This document shows, piece after piece, positions 9,708 to 19,103 of a DNA stretch of 32,834 nt. A program made the position numbers and the translations under genes. The first letter of the stretch is position 1; each line of letters opens with the position of its first letter. Origin of the DNA: Candidatus Heimdallarchaeota archaeon (lineage in GTDB: Archaea; Asgardarchaeota; Heimdallarchaeia; Hodarchaeales; Hodarchaeaceae). The stretch covers positions 93,956 to 126,789 of the forward strand of contig CP070695.1 in assembly GCA_020353515.1 (NCBI GenBank). The letters are read 5' to 3'. The notes under the pieces are model-generated. The model did not search any database and had not been told where the DNA came from. It saw only the letters and a list, made by a program, of their open reading frames with translations.

Positions 9708-11193
9708 TGACATATTTTTTATGGATATTCTTCATAATTTCATCTAATTGCTTTGTAATATACTTATCAAGCTTTGGTGGTTGATGGGAATTGATAATTT
9801 CGTAAGCTATCTCATTTGCACGCATCACAAAATCTTGTTTTTCTGATTTTTCAAAGACTTCGAAATCTGTTCGATCAAATAATTTTGGTAGGAAGAATTC
9901 GGATCTAAAATGTTTTAAAGTGTGTGAATGACTCAAGTACTCCCCTCCAGGACCGACATCATGGATAACATCAACAGCTAATGCTTCATCAGAGATTTCA
10001 ATGCCTCTTAGTACACGATTTATTGCTTTCAAGCTCTCATTGTTAAAGACCATAGCAGCATAAGATGCAGCCTGTATTCCAGGCCCAAGACCTCCAAAAG
10101 CATTAACTATCAAATTTACTCCTCCCATAGAAGCAAGTAACGCATTCATAGCTGCTTCCTGACCCGCTTGAGCATCTAGCACCTTAGAATCTGTACAACC
10201 AGCTGTACCCCTCGTTGGTAAGTTATAATGCCTAGCCATTTGTGCTGTCAAGACATTCATTAATCCTGCTTCTGGAGCCCCAAGTGTAATTTGTGCTGTT
10301 CTAGGATCTAAGATTGAAGAAGCTGTTCCATATACAATAGGTGGTGGAGGTGCAATTCCATAAGATTCATTCGCTAATTGGCAAATTACAATACCTGATA
10401 GAACCTCTGCATTATGCTGAACTAATGTTCCTCCTAAAGTTGCTGGCCCAGTAGCATGAGCCATAACTTCTGGACAAAAAAGTACCGGTAAACCAAACAT
10501 AGCAAATCCTAGTGCGTATTCAATCATCGTTTCATTATGCATGAGAGGAGAAACAGTGTTAACCCAAGCCCAAGAACAAGGCTTTTTTTGCAATTCACTC
10601 AGATCTTCCCGAAAAAGGTTGAAAAATTCTAATCCGTCTTCAGGGGTCATTCCGCTAGGTGGTATAAACAAAGGTTTGTCAGTATTCTTGACTTCATAAA
10701 TAAATCGATATGCTGCAGCTGTCATGAGATCTAATCCCTGGTCAATCTCTTCAACAGTTCCAGAAAGTCCTGAACCCCCTAGGTGCATCATTTCGAGAGC
10801 ATCTCCAAGGCGAGTCATATCTTCAATATCTTGATACGTGGATCTACGTCGTTTTCCTTTAAAATCTATTATATGGGTTGGAGAATGGCTTATGGTATAG
10901 TTTACACGTCCTGATTCGAGTTTGATGTGTTTTTGAGAATCAGGATGAACACTAAACCAAGTAAATGAAGAAGGACATCTGTGTAGCACGTCTTCAATAA
11001 GCTCTGAGTCAATGAATACTGTGTTTGACTTAATCTCACATTTATTTTCCTTTAGAATGTCTAAAGCCTGTTGAGACAATACACGTACGCCTGTATTCTT
11101 CAGAACCTTTAGTGATGCTTGGTGAATTTCATCAACTTGTTCCATTGAAAGGATTGTTAAAGGAGGAAGATTATTTTGAAGACCTAGAAGCAT
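9700..11193 (-). CDS. Trimethylamine methyltransferase (MttB) superfamily corrinoid methyltransferase, non-pyrrolysine type
   Basis: IHQASLKVLKNTGVRV, VNTVSPL, ATGPATLGGTLVQHNAEVLSG, GAPEAGL, AQMARHYNLPTRGTAGCTDSKVLDAQAGQE, VGPGGEYLSHSHT. ATG 11193 follows GGTGA; the ORF track extends to 11205. Confidence 0.92.
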   Translation of the reverse strand: MLLGLQNNLPPLTILSMEQVDEIHQASLKVLKNTGVRVLSQQALDILKENKCEIKSNTVFIDSELIEDVLHRCPSSFTWFSVHPDSQKHIKLESGRVNYTISHSPTHIIDFKGKRRRSTYQDIEDMTRLGDALEMMHLGGSGLSGTVEEIDQGLDLMTAAAYRFIYEVKNTDKPLFIPPSGMTPEDGLEFFNLFREDLSELQKKPCSWAWVNTVSPLMHNETMIEYALGFAMFGLPVLFCPEVMAHATGPATLGGTLVQHNAEVLSGIVICQLANESYGIAPPPPIVYGTASSILDPRTAQITLGAPEAGLMNVLTAQMARHYNLPTRGTAGCTDSKVLDAQAGQEAAMNALLASMGGVNLIVNAFGGLGPGIQAASYAAMVFNNESLKAINRVLRGIEISDEALAVDVIHDVGPGGEYLSHSHTLKHFRSEFFLPKLFDRTDFEVFEKSEKQDFVMRANEIAYEIINSHQPPKLDKYITKQLDEIMKNIHKKYVIK

Positions 11194-11341
11194 GATATCA
11201 CCCAAAAATTGTAGAAAAAAAGCTCTAAGTGCTAATTAAATGGGTTCTGCTAACTAAAAGTATTTGAGTAGAACTTCCACCCAAAAGGCTAAATATGAAT
11301 ACTTTCTAGAAGACGTATTATATCATTTGAAGGTGAAAATA

Positions 11342-13135
11342 TTGCCAGCAAGACTTTATCTTAGATCATTTTGGATTTTAACGTTCCTTTGGGGGATTGT
11401 TTTCGTACTTGCTATGGTATTAGCCTATTTCATCTCGACGGTTCCTGGAGTAATTCCAGAAGGTATGGAATATCTAATCATTCTCATCCCTGTTGTCTTT
11501 GCATTTATCGTTGTAGGATTTCAGTTCTTGATTTCTCCTTGGATTATGGATATCACCATTTCCTGGGTATATCAAGCAACCAAGTATCAAGTTGATGAAT
11601 TACCTGCTCATATTCGGAATTTTCTCCATCAACAAATGGAACTTCATAACTTTTCTCTGAAATGGGTTGCTATCATTCACGATAACAATCCTAATGCCTT
11701 TACTTACGGTCATACTAAGAAACGGGCGCGATTGGCTATTACTGAAGGAATATTAAACTACCTAGATGAAACTGAACAAATAGCTGTTGTAGCTCATGAA
11801 TGTGGGCATATCATTCATCGAGATTTTATCTGGATGACTGTGGCTGCTGCAATTCCGTTGATCTGTTACTCCTTTTATCAAGGTCTTTGGACCTTCGCAC
11901 GAGTTTCATCCCGTACTAGTAGGGATGATGATGCGGCTAAAGTTAGCGCGGTTGCACTTGTTGTTGCAATAGGAGCTTGGATTGCGTATTATGTTTCTCA
12001 TTTTCTAGTCCTTTTCCTTTCACGAGTGCGAGAATACTATGCAGATAGTTTCTCTGCAGAAGCGACTGGTGATCCAGGGGCATTATCAAGAGCTCTAGTG
12101 AAAATTGCTTATGGCATGGTTAAGGAAGATGCAGCAACTCAAGAAAGAATGCGTGATGAAAGTGCCTCTCCATCCACGAGAAAACAGGCCTCCAAAGTAA
12201 ATGCATTTAATACTGGAATGCGTTCTTTAGGAATTTTTGATGTTAGTGGCGCACGGAACTTGGCAATGTCTGCATATGGACGGGGCGTAAGTGAGTTAAA
12301 TGAAGAGACAGTTGCAAAAGCAGCTCAATGGGATCTTTCAAATCCATGGGGAGGCTTTCTTGAACTCTTTTCTACTCATCCTCTTCCAGCCAAAAGAATC
12401 AGATCTCTAAATAAAATGCAGGAAGAACGAGGTCTTAAACCAGAATTCCCAGGAATCGGTGAAGTCAAACTTCCGGAAAGTTTGTGGGATGAATTCTTTA
12501 TCGATCTCTTTTTGTCCTATATCGCGCCTCTTTTATTCTTCATCTTGCCTCTGGTTGGTGCTTTTGTAATTTATCTTGTTGGAGAATCAACTGGTACTCT
12601 ATATGATCCTGCTATTGGTGTGGGTATTGGTCTTCTTTTGTTTGCATTAATTTGGAAATGGAGACGACGAGAGAAATACCCAAAAATAAGAGATGGTGAT
12701 GAGACAGTTACCGTGGTTCATGCTTTAACAGATCATACAAAAAACTCTTATTATGAAGCTTCTCCTCTTCGAGGCAAGAAAGCAGTCTTTGAGGGTCGTG
12801 TGGTCGGACGGGGAATACCAGGTTACTGGTTGAGCGAAGATCTTGTGATAAAAGATAAAACTGGTCTAATCACTTTAGATTACAGTCCTATTTTGGGATT
12901 CATGTCATGGATCTTTGCACTTTTCAGGGTTCCTGGTTTGCAGGGAAGAAATGTAAAGGCTTATGGTTGGTATCATAGAACTCCAACTCCTGTTCTTTCA
13001 GTGTGGAAGATAATTACAGAAGATGGCAGGACATACAAAAACCGCTGGTCAGGGTTAAACTGGTTGTTCATGTGGTTTGTTGTCTTAATAGGTCTTTTCT
13101 TCCTCATTTCGGGATTAGCAATTTCTTTTGTCTAA
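11342..13135 (+). CDS. htpX: Zinc metalloprotease HtpX / M48 family, long form with C-terminal TM and beta-rich extension
   Basis: PNAFTYG, VAHECGHIIHRD (HExxH), LSRVREYYAD, STHPLPAKRI. Likely start TTG 11342 after AGGTGA; the ORF track starts at 11264. Confidence 0.9.
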   Translation: MPARLYLRSFWILTFLWGIVFVLAMVLAYFISTVPGVIPEGMEYLIILIPVVFAFIVVGFQFLISPWIMDITISWVYQATKYQVDELPAHIRNFLHQQMELHNFSLKWVAIIHDNNPNAFTYGHTKKRARLAITEGILNYLDETEQIAVVAHECGHIIHRDFIWMTVAAAIPLICYSFYQGLWTFARVSSRTSRDDDAAKVSAVALVVAIGAWIAYYVSHFLVLFLSRVREYYADSFSAEATGDPGALSRALVKIAYGMVKEDAATQERMRDESASPSTRKQASKVNAFNTGMRSLGIFDVSGARNLAMSAYGRGVSELNEETVAKAAQWDLSNPWGGFLELFSTHPLPAKRIRSLNKMQEERGLKPEFPGIGEVKLPESLWDEFFIDLFLSYIAPLLFFILPLVGAFVIYLVGESTGTLYDPAIGVGIGLLLFALIWKWRRREKYPKIRDGDETVTVVHALTDHTKNSYYEASPLRGKKAVFEGRVVGRGIPGYWLSEDLVIKDKTGLITLDYSPILGFMSWIFALFRVPGLQGRNVKAYGWYHRTPTPVLSVWKIITEDGRTYKNRWSGLNWLFMWFVVLIGLFFLISGLAISFV

Positions 13136-13137
13136 GC

Positions 13138-13163
13138 CTCCCCCTTTTTTCTTTTTTTTCTTG
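13138..13163 (+). terminator. Oligo-T tract, probable archaeal intrinsic terminator of htpX
   Basis: Pyrimidine run with two T tracts immediately after TAA 13135, between convergent genes. Confidence 0.55.
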
Positions 13164-13171
13164 AATATATC

Positions 13172-14017
13172 TCAGAGTAATCCCATATTTCTTCTATATT
13201 GCCTTTGTTGACGAATTTTCTTTAGATCCAATGTAACTGTAATAATACCCCTGCTCCCATCAGGGATTGACGATAGTATATTCTTTCCTATCGTATCCTC
13301 ATTAGTAAAGCGCCATGAGGGGTCCACAATGCAGCTAGCTCCAGCACACCAATATGGATCTCGAATAGGTTGCATTGCACTGTCACTTACAATAACAGCA
13401 GTAGCAGCTTCCTTTGCACGAATAACTGCGAGATTATACCACATGAACCGGCCATAATTAGTAAATGACTGATCAGGGATAGTAGTTAGAATTGGACAAA
13501 AGACGAGATCTATATCTTTTGTTACCAATAAGGAATAATCATTTGTATTCCACAGATCACTACAGATCTGGATTGTTGCTTTCCAGTCATCTATTTGCCA
13601 AAAGAGATTTTTATTACCAGGGGATATTTCTTGGATCTGTTCATATCCAAAAGGATGACGCTTATTATATGTACCAATTAAGTGACCTGAGGGATTAAAA
13701 ATGTGTGCCCTGTTAGAATAGGCATCATTCTGTTTTATTAAATGACTTCCCCCAATAATCCATGCTTTGTATCGAAGAGCTGTGTTTTTTAAGAATTCTA
13801 AGGAACTCTCATTTATAATATCGGTATATGTTCCCCTTCTCATACCATTCCAGTATTCTGGAAAACAGATAACTTTAGATGTTGTAATGGTTGTTGAGTA
13901 TTCACTAAAAAGATTCCGATACTCATCTAGGTTGTTTTCAAATTCATCAATAGTTAAATTTGGTTGGAGAGCCGTAATTTTTAACTGAGAAGATATCAAA
14001 TAAAGAACGCTCCACAC
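13172..14017 (-). CDS. Carbon-nitrogen hydrolase (nitrilase superfamily, amidase-like)
   Basis: Catalytic triad contexts CFPEYW (E), YNKRHPF (K), IQICSDLW (C). Real start may be TTG 13999. Confidence 0.88.
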   Translation of the reverse strand: MWSVLYLISSQLKITALQPNLTIDEFENNLDEYRNLFSEYSTTITTSKVICFPEYWNGMRRGTYTDIINESSLEFLKNTALRYKAWIIGGSHLIKQNDAYSNRAHIFNPSGHLIGTYNKRHPFGYEQIQEISPGNKNLFWQIDDWKATIQICSDLWNTNDYSLLVTKDIDLVFCPILTTIPDQSFTNYGRFMWYNLAVIRAKEAATAVIVSDSAMQPIRDPYWCAGASCIVDPSWRFTNEDTIGKNILSSIPDGSRGIITVTLDLKKIRQQRQYRRNMGLL

Positions 14018-14019
14018 CC

Positions 14020-15231
14020 TTATTGATTCATTGCTAGAGAATTGATATAATTTTGTGATAATCGATGAACTAATTGCGATATATCAATCGAGAGGATAGG
14101 TGATTGTTGCTCCTGAAGAAATTGATCAATATTTAATTGACATGAAGGACAAGCATTTAGACATAATTCTGTGCCATTTTCTTCCATCTGGTGTATGAGC
14201 TTTAAGACAACATCTTTTGCTATATCAGGGTAATTTGCTTTGACTAATCCTCCTGCTCCACAACATAATGCATTTTCACGATTATCTGGTAATTCTAGAT
14301 TGGTCACTCCAGGAAGATGATCGATTAGTTCTCGTGCGATGTTATACTCACCACAATGCCGACCCAACTCACAAGGATCTTTAAAAGAAACATTAATTTG
14401 AGTGAGGCTTTCTAGTTTAAGTTTTTCTTTTTTAATTAAGCCTAGGATGTATTCCATATGAGTTATTACGTTAAAAGGTAACTCTTTTCTTAATAGCTTA
14501 GGGTACTCTTGTTTGAAAACACGATAACAGCCAGCACACGAGACAAAAAGTGTTTTTATTCCTAATTTGTTAATTTCAGCCACATTATACTCAGCAAGTG
14601 TTTCAGCTTTCTCTTGACATCCTCCCAATAAAAAAGGGTTTCCACAACAGTTCTCTGTTGGAGAAAAAATCGAGATTCTTTCGTTTGCATGATCCACTAA
14701 TTTAAGAATCGCTACGGGCGCACCCGATGCTCTACCCATATATGATGCAACACAGCCAATAAAATACCCTACTTCTGCTGGTTGATTTACCAATTCTTCA
14801 TAAATGTCTTCAACTTCAAAATTCCAGAAATTTCGATCAGCCTGATCCATTCCATAAATGTTAAACTTAGATTCTAAATTTAAATATAGTTTCTTAGTAT
14901 CTGTTGGTATTCGATCTTGAACTAATCCCTTAAGCTCCGTATAAACCTCTGTCAGCGGAATATCTACAATACATTCTTGTTCACATGCACCGCAGAATGT
15001 ACATTGAAATAATCCCTCAGTAAGAGCATCTAATCCCTCATCTTTTTTTAATAGTCCTTGAGCAAGGTTTCGTGCGGTTATCATCTTTCCACGTCCAGTC
15101 ACAATTTCATGACGGACACTGAGAAAAGTTGGGCATGCAGCGTTATTATTAACACAGTATGCGCAATAGGCACATGTAAAAAATTCATCATAGTGTTTTA
15201 AGTTTTTTAAATTCAAAGAATTAATCCTCAA
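14020..15231 (-). CDS. Fe-S oxidoreductase, HdrD/GlpC-like (two 4Fe-4S motifs plus two CCG domains)
   Basis: CAYCAYC...CPT, CTFCGACEQEC, YFIGC, NCCG, SCAGC, KDPCELGR, LCCGAGG, ACPSC. Confidence 0.92.
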   Translation of the reverse strand: MRINSLNLKNLKHYDEFFTCAYCAYCVNNNAACPTFLSVRHEIVTGRGKMITARNLAQGLLKKDEGLDALTEGLFQCTFCGACEQECIVDIPLTEVYTELKGLVQDRIPTDTKKLYLNLESKFNIYGMDQADRNFWNFEVEDIYEELVNQPAEVGYFIGCVASYMGRASGAPVAILKLVDHANERISIFSPTENCCGNPFLLGGCQEKAETLAEYNVAEINKLGIKTLFVSCAGCYRVFKQEYPKLLRKELPFNVITHMEYILGLIKKEKLKLESLTQINVSFKDPCELGRHCGEYNIARELIDHLPGVTNLELPDNRENALCCGAGGLVKANYPDIAKDVVLKLIHQMEENGTELCLNACPSCQLNIDQFLQEQQSPILSIDISQLVHRLSQNYINSLAMNQ

Positions 15232-15248
15232 GAGGTTATAAGTTAATC

Positions 15249-16133
15249 TTAGAAAGGTGCATGACCATAACTCATTAGAAATTCCTGTTCTTCAGGGGTA
15301 AGTTCTCCTTTATCACGTTTTTTTAGAAGAACTTCAATTTTTTCTTCTATTTTTCCGTATACCTGTTTATGAGTCTCTTCTGCGATTAATTTTTTGACAT
15401 TGGTAATTTTACCCTTCAAAGCATCGAGTTCTTCCTGTTTTGCTTGGACTAGAACTTTTAATTCCTCTATCTGCTGAAGGTGTTTCACAAACTCTTCGTG
15501 AGCTTTATCCTCTTCCTCCTTCAGCGGTTTAATGCGACTATACATCTGTTGGACTTTTTTACTAATCTCTTTCTTATCAGCTTCTTTCTGCGAGATTTTT
15601 TTGTCTATTTCAGCGATTTCCTGTTCTATTTTTTCTTTCGTTTCAGGGATGTTTCCTAAATAGTCAGCTACAATAGCTTCATTTTTTTTCTCTAATAACG
15701 CAATCCTATCCTCAACTCGTTGGATTTCTTCAATGAGAATTTCTTCATCTTCCCGAGATAAGGATTGAGTTTGTTGCATGAATTCTAGTTCATACAGGTG
15801 AAATTTTAACTCAACCAAGGTGAGTTGTTCTAGCTGTGGCTGTGTTAGGATTTTAAATATAGGTCCATTCGCCCGTTGCGCTTGTCGACGGAGAAATTCC
15901 CTCCGTTTTTTCAACATATCCAGTAAATCTTTCGAATCTTCTCGTGTTTCAATTTCTGGAACTGTTTTTGTGAGAAGGGTTTGTCTTTCGGCCTTAAATT
16001 TATCTCTTTGCTTCCTGTAGCGGGTTGTGAGTTTTTGTTCATTTTGAAGATTTTTTCGCATAACTTTAATTTCTTCAATTAAGTTCCTTTGCTGTTCATA
16101 ATGCAACTTTAACTGTTCTTTATTCGTTGACAA
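15249..16133 (-). CDS. Archaeal coiled-coil protein (COG1340-like)
   Basis: E/K/Q-rich heptads with the family-type central motif LEFMQQTQSLSREDEEILIEEI and the C-terminal KGELTPEE. Confidence 0.75.
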   Translation of the reverse strand: MSTNKEQLKLHYEQQRNLIEEIKVMRKNLQNEQKLTTRYRKQRDKFKAERQTLLTKTVPEIETREDSKDLLDMLKKRREFLRRQAQRANGPIFKILTQPQLEQLTLVELKFHLYELEFMQQTQSLSREDEEILIEEIQRVEDRIALLEKKNEAIVADYLGNIPETKEKIEQEIAEIDKKISQKEADKKEISKKVQQMYSRIKPLKEEEDKAHEEFVKHLQQIEELKVLVQAKQEELDALKGKITNVKKLIAEETHKQVYGKIEEKIEVLLKKRDKGELTPEEQEFLMSYGHAPF

Positions 16134-16343
16134 AAGAATCAGCTCAATTTGGGTTTGACAGCTCAGTATTTCTCAAGCCACTAAGGATAGACAATATAGA
16201 GCGATTTAGGAATAGTATATAGATTAAATTAAATGATGCTTTCATATAATGAAGATACAGACTATTTTTAAGAGGTTGTCCCTTAATTTTCATCAAGTCG
16301 TAATTTACAATCTAAACCTCAATTATAGTTAAGAGGAGATTAT

Positions 16344-16865
16344 ATGGATTTTTTTGAGGTAGTTATCAGAAATAAACGCTTCAAAGAATTTGAACCTAAC
16401 CAAACGTTATCTTCTGATCAAATCAAACAATTATTAGCTTGTGCTCAATTAGCTCCCTCATTGTCAGACACTCAGAATTTTACTTATATAATTGTCAGTG
16501 ATTCAGACTTAAAACAACAGATAGCAGAGAAAACAACGGGTTTTGAGTGGATAAAAGAAGCTGCTGCAATTTTTGCAGTTGTAGTAGTTACTGAAGAGGA
16601 AGATGATATCAATATCATTGATGCTATTGTTTCAAGCTCTCAGTTGATGATGGCTGCTACAGCAACACATTTAGGAAGTAATTTTATTGTAGACTTTGAC
16701 CAAGACGCTGTTGCAGAGCTTTTAGGTGTTGTGGATACCCGTTTGACTGTGATGGGTTTAATATCTATTGGGGCGACCTTAGATGAAGGCTCACAGGGTT
16801 ATAAAAGAACTTTGGCGGAATTAAGCAATCATAATAAGCTAGGGGAACCCTATAACTTCGATTGA
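16344..16865 (+). CDS. Nitroreductase family protein
   Basis: MDFFEVVIRNKRFKEF, AQLAPSLSDTQNFTYIIV, QLMMAATATHLGS; GAGGAG RBS. Confidence 0.85.
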   Translation: MDFFEVVIRNKRFKEFEPNQTLSSDQIKQLLACAQLAPSLSDTQNFTYIIVSDSDLKQQIAEKTTGFEWIKEAAAIFAVVVVTEEEDDINIIDAIVSSSQLMMAATATHLGSNFIVDFDQDAVAELLGVVDTRLTVMGLISIGATLDEGSQGYKRTLAELSNHNKLGEPYNFD

Positions 16866-16874
16866 TATATTTAA

Positions 16875-16889
16875 TAGATAATTTATCTA
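16875..16889. promoter_or_regulatory. 15-bp palindrome TAGATAA-t-TTATCTA upstream of the cheW-like gene (candidate operator)
   Basis: Perfect 7-bp inverted repeat with 1-nt spacer in the 61-bp intergenic region. Confidence 0.35.
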
Positions 16890-16926
16890 ATCTCGATTGA
16901 TAACTTAGAAAAAAAGGGAACCTTAA

Positions 16927-17457
16927 ATGGTTTCATCTAGTATACCAACGCACAATAGTAATAAGGCATTTCTGATTATAAAAATGGATTTAATGGAATT
17001 TGCAGTTCCTATTACTCAAGTAGATGGGATAGTGGAGTTTGATAACGAGTTTCATGAGAATACGGAATCAGAATTTTGTTTAGGTAAATATTATAATCAG
17101 AACAAAGTAATACCTATCCTAAATCTAAAAAGCTATTTACATTGTCCCTCTAAAACCTTTAATCAAACAACACAATCAAGAATCCTTTTCTTGAGGTGTA
17201 CAGAGAAAATAAAACATTCACTTGATACAATCAACATTGGTTTCGGTGTTGATGCGCTTGTTGGTATGTATCACACCGCTACATCGGAAAGGGGAAAAAA
17301 AACGCAATTGGAGGTTTCTGAAGAACTTAAATGCTTTGAAATAAATTCATATGTTAAAATAAACGCTACATTATATCCTATTTTAGACTTGATAGAGTTG
17401 TTGGATTTAACTTCATTGAAAGGAACACTTGAACAGCTTTTACCAGAAAAAATTTAA
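16927..17457 (+). CDS. CheW-like domain protein
   Basis: FLIIKM...FAVPITQVDGIV, LGKY...KVIPILNLKSYL, RILFL, IGFGVDALVG, LYPILDLIELL follow the CheW consensus order. Confidence 0.8.
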   Translation: MVSSSIPTHNSNKAFLIIKMDLMEFAVPITQVDGIVEFDNEFHENTESEFCLGKYYNQNKVIPILNLKSYLHCPSKTFNQTTQSRILFLRCTEKIKHSLDTINIGFGVDALVGMYHTATSERGKKTQLEVSEELKCFEINSYVKINATLYPILDLIELLDLTSLKGTLEQLLPEKI

Positions 17458-17518
17458 TAATAACGTTTATTGCTTAACACAAACAGGAAAAAGATTTGTG
17501 CTTAAGTGGGGTAATTTA

Positions 17519-18982
17519 GTGGAAAATATAGGGAAAAATATCAGAGTATTTTGTCTTTATGAGAAACAGCATGAACTTGAGTCTTTTCTAAATACTGCAC
17601 TGGCACAAACACAGGTTCAACGGTATCTAATCAGTTTTTCTACTTCTACAAAATCTTCCTCGAAACTTTACTTATCTGTAAAAAATGGCTTTAAAACCAT
17701 AATAATCAAGGTACCAGCAAAAATTTCTGAAAAATGGAAGAAAAGTGTGTTTTTAACCAATTTAGATGACTTTTTAGGTGATTTTTCAGAATATTCAACA
17801 CGTCAAAACTTTTTCCTCGATTTTACAGCTTTGAAAGTCACTACAAGCTTTGTAAAATTCGTTGAATCGTCATTAGAGGATAAAATTTCCGATCATGAAT
17901 TCTCATATTCAATCTTCTCTCTTTTTCTTGAAAAAAATCTAAGCAAACGAGTATTAACCCAACTAGCTTTCAAATATCCCTTTTTATGCTTAACAGATTC
18001 TCATATTCACCCCAATTTTTATTACGAAGCTGAGAAGGGAGGAAAATTTCCCAACACTCTACGAGATCTTTATCAACCTATTCAGCTATTGCTTGAGGAA
18101 TTAGAGAAAGATTCATTAGAACATGATCGCTTAAATAAGGAATTATTTATGTTATCAACACATAGCAATGTTCTTGAAACTTCATTAGCAACATTTCTTG
18201 AAATGGAGAGGGATCGGATAGGATCAGAACGAAAAAGCGTTCCAGCTGATTTAATTTCCTTATCAGACTATAGAAATCTCAAGCAACGATATGATGAGAA
18301 GACTCAGATGCTTTCTGCGGTTAGTCATGACCTAAAATCACCTATAGCTGCAATTCAAGGTTTTGCGGAGATATTACGAGATGGTTTAGCTGGAGAAGTC
18401 ACTCAAGAGATGAAAAAACATCTTGAAATGATAGTATCTAATTCAAAGAGACTTTCTAGGATGGTTGAGAGTATCATGGAAATGGAATCACTTGATCGTT
18501 CTGATTATATTGATGAAAAACAGACTTTTGATCTTGTCGAGATGATAGATGATGCTAAAATGTCAGTTCTTCCCCAAATGATCCAAAAAGATCTGGAGAT
18601 CCAAACATATACTCCTGATTCATTAGAAATGGTTGGGAATCGTGAACTATTGTTACGAGCTTTACAAAACATATTGGATAATGCGGTAAAATACTCTCCT
18701 CCAAAAAAAGGACAAATAGAACTATTTACTGAAGAACAAGACCTCAAGGGTCACAAAGTTATCAAAATAACAGTTAAAGATAATGGATTTGGATTTAACA
18801 AAAAGAATTTAAAACGCGTATTTGAGCCATTCACCAAATTTGAGCCTGGTTCGACATCAACAGGCTTGGGATTATCCATTGTAAAAAAAATCGTGGAATC
18901 AATTCACGATGGGACAATTGAAATCACCTCACCTGGGAGAAAAAAGGGAACTACTGTTACCATCTTTCTTCCAAAGACATAA
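17519..18982 (+). CDS. Soluble class I sensor histidine kinase (HisKA + HATPase_c) with a degenerate MEDS-like N-terminal domain
   Basis: H box VSHDLKSP, N box LQNILDNAVKY, G1 VKDNGFG, F box VFEPF, G2 TGLGLSIVK; no TM segment. Likely start GTG 17519; the ORF-track start 17429 overlaps cheW. Confidence 0.92.
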   Translation: MENIGKNIRVFCLYEKQHELESFLNTALAQTQVQRYLISFSTSTKSSSKLYLSVKNGFKTIIIKVPAKISEKWKKSVFLTNLDDFLGDFSEYSTRQNFFLDFTALKVTTSFVKFVESSLEDKISDHEFSYSIFSLFLEKNLSKRVLTQLAFKYPFLCLTDSHIHPNFYYEAEKGGKFPNTLRDLYQPIQLLLEELEKDSLEHDRLNKELFMLSTHSNVLETSLATFLEMERDRIGSERKSVPADLISLSDYRNLKQRYDEKTQMLSAVSHDLKSPIAAIQGFAEILRDGLAGEVTQEMKKHLEMIVSNSKRLSRMVESIMEMESLDRSDYIDEKQTFDLVEMIDDAKMSVLPQMIQKDLEIQTYTPDSLEMVGNRELLLRALQNILDNAVKYSPPKKGQIELFTEEQDLKGHKVIKITVKDNGFGFNKKNLKRVFEPFTKFEPGSTSTGLGLSIVKKIVESIHDGTIEITSPGRKKGTTVTIFLPKT

Positions 18983-19020
18983 ACATAATTTTTTATATTA
19001 AAATAAAGGATGGTATTTTC

Positions 19021-19046
19021 GACTTTATCTTGAGATAGATAATGTC
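19021..19046. promoter_or_regulatory. Inverted repeat GACtTTATCT-N6-AGATAAtGTC upstream of the wHTH gene (candidate autoregulatory operator)
   Basis: 10-bp arms with 1 mismatch, read directly from the intergenic sequence. Confidence 0.35.
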
Positions 19047-19103
19047 AATAACCCTCTCAACAAGGATCCCCTCCTCTAATCAAAACCCCTTGAGATTATT
19101 AAA

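Noticed and set aside
15249-16133. SMC, ESCRT-III or another eukaryotic-signature coiled coil
   Set aside because: No Walker motifs or Snf7 pattern; the motifs fit the widespread archaeal COG1340-like family.
16272-16340. Alternative pairing GAGGTT/AACCTC vs CCTC/GAGG around the nitroreductase RBS as a riboswitch
   Set aside because: The stems are only 4-6 bp, and the upstream arm probably lies before the transcription start implied by the TTTTAA box at about 16266.
17519-18982. CheA
   Set aside because: It has a HisKA H box next to the ATPase domain and lacks HPt and C-terminal CheW domains.
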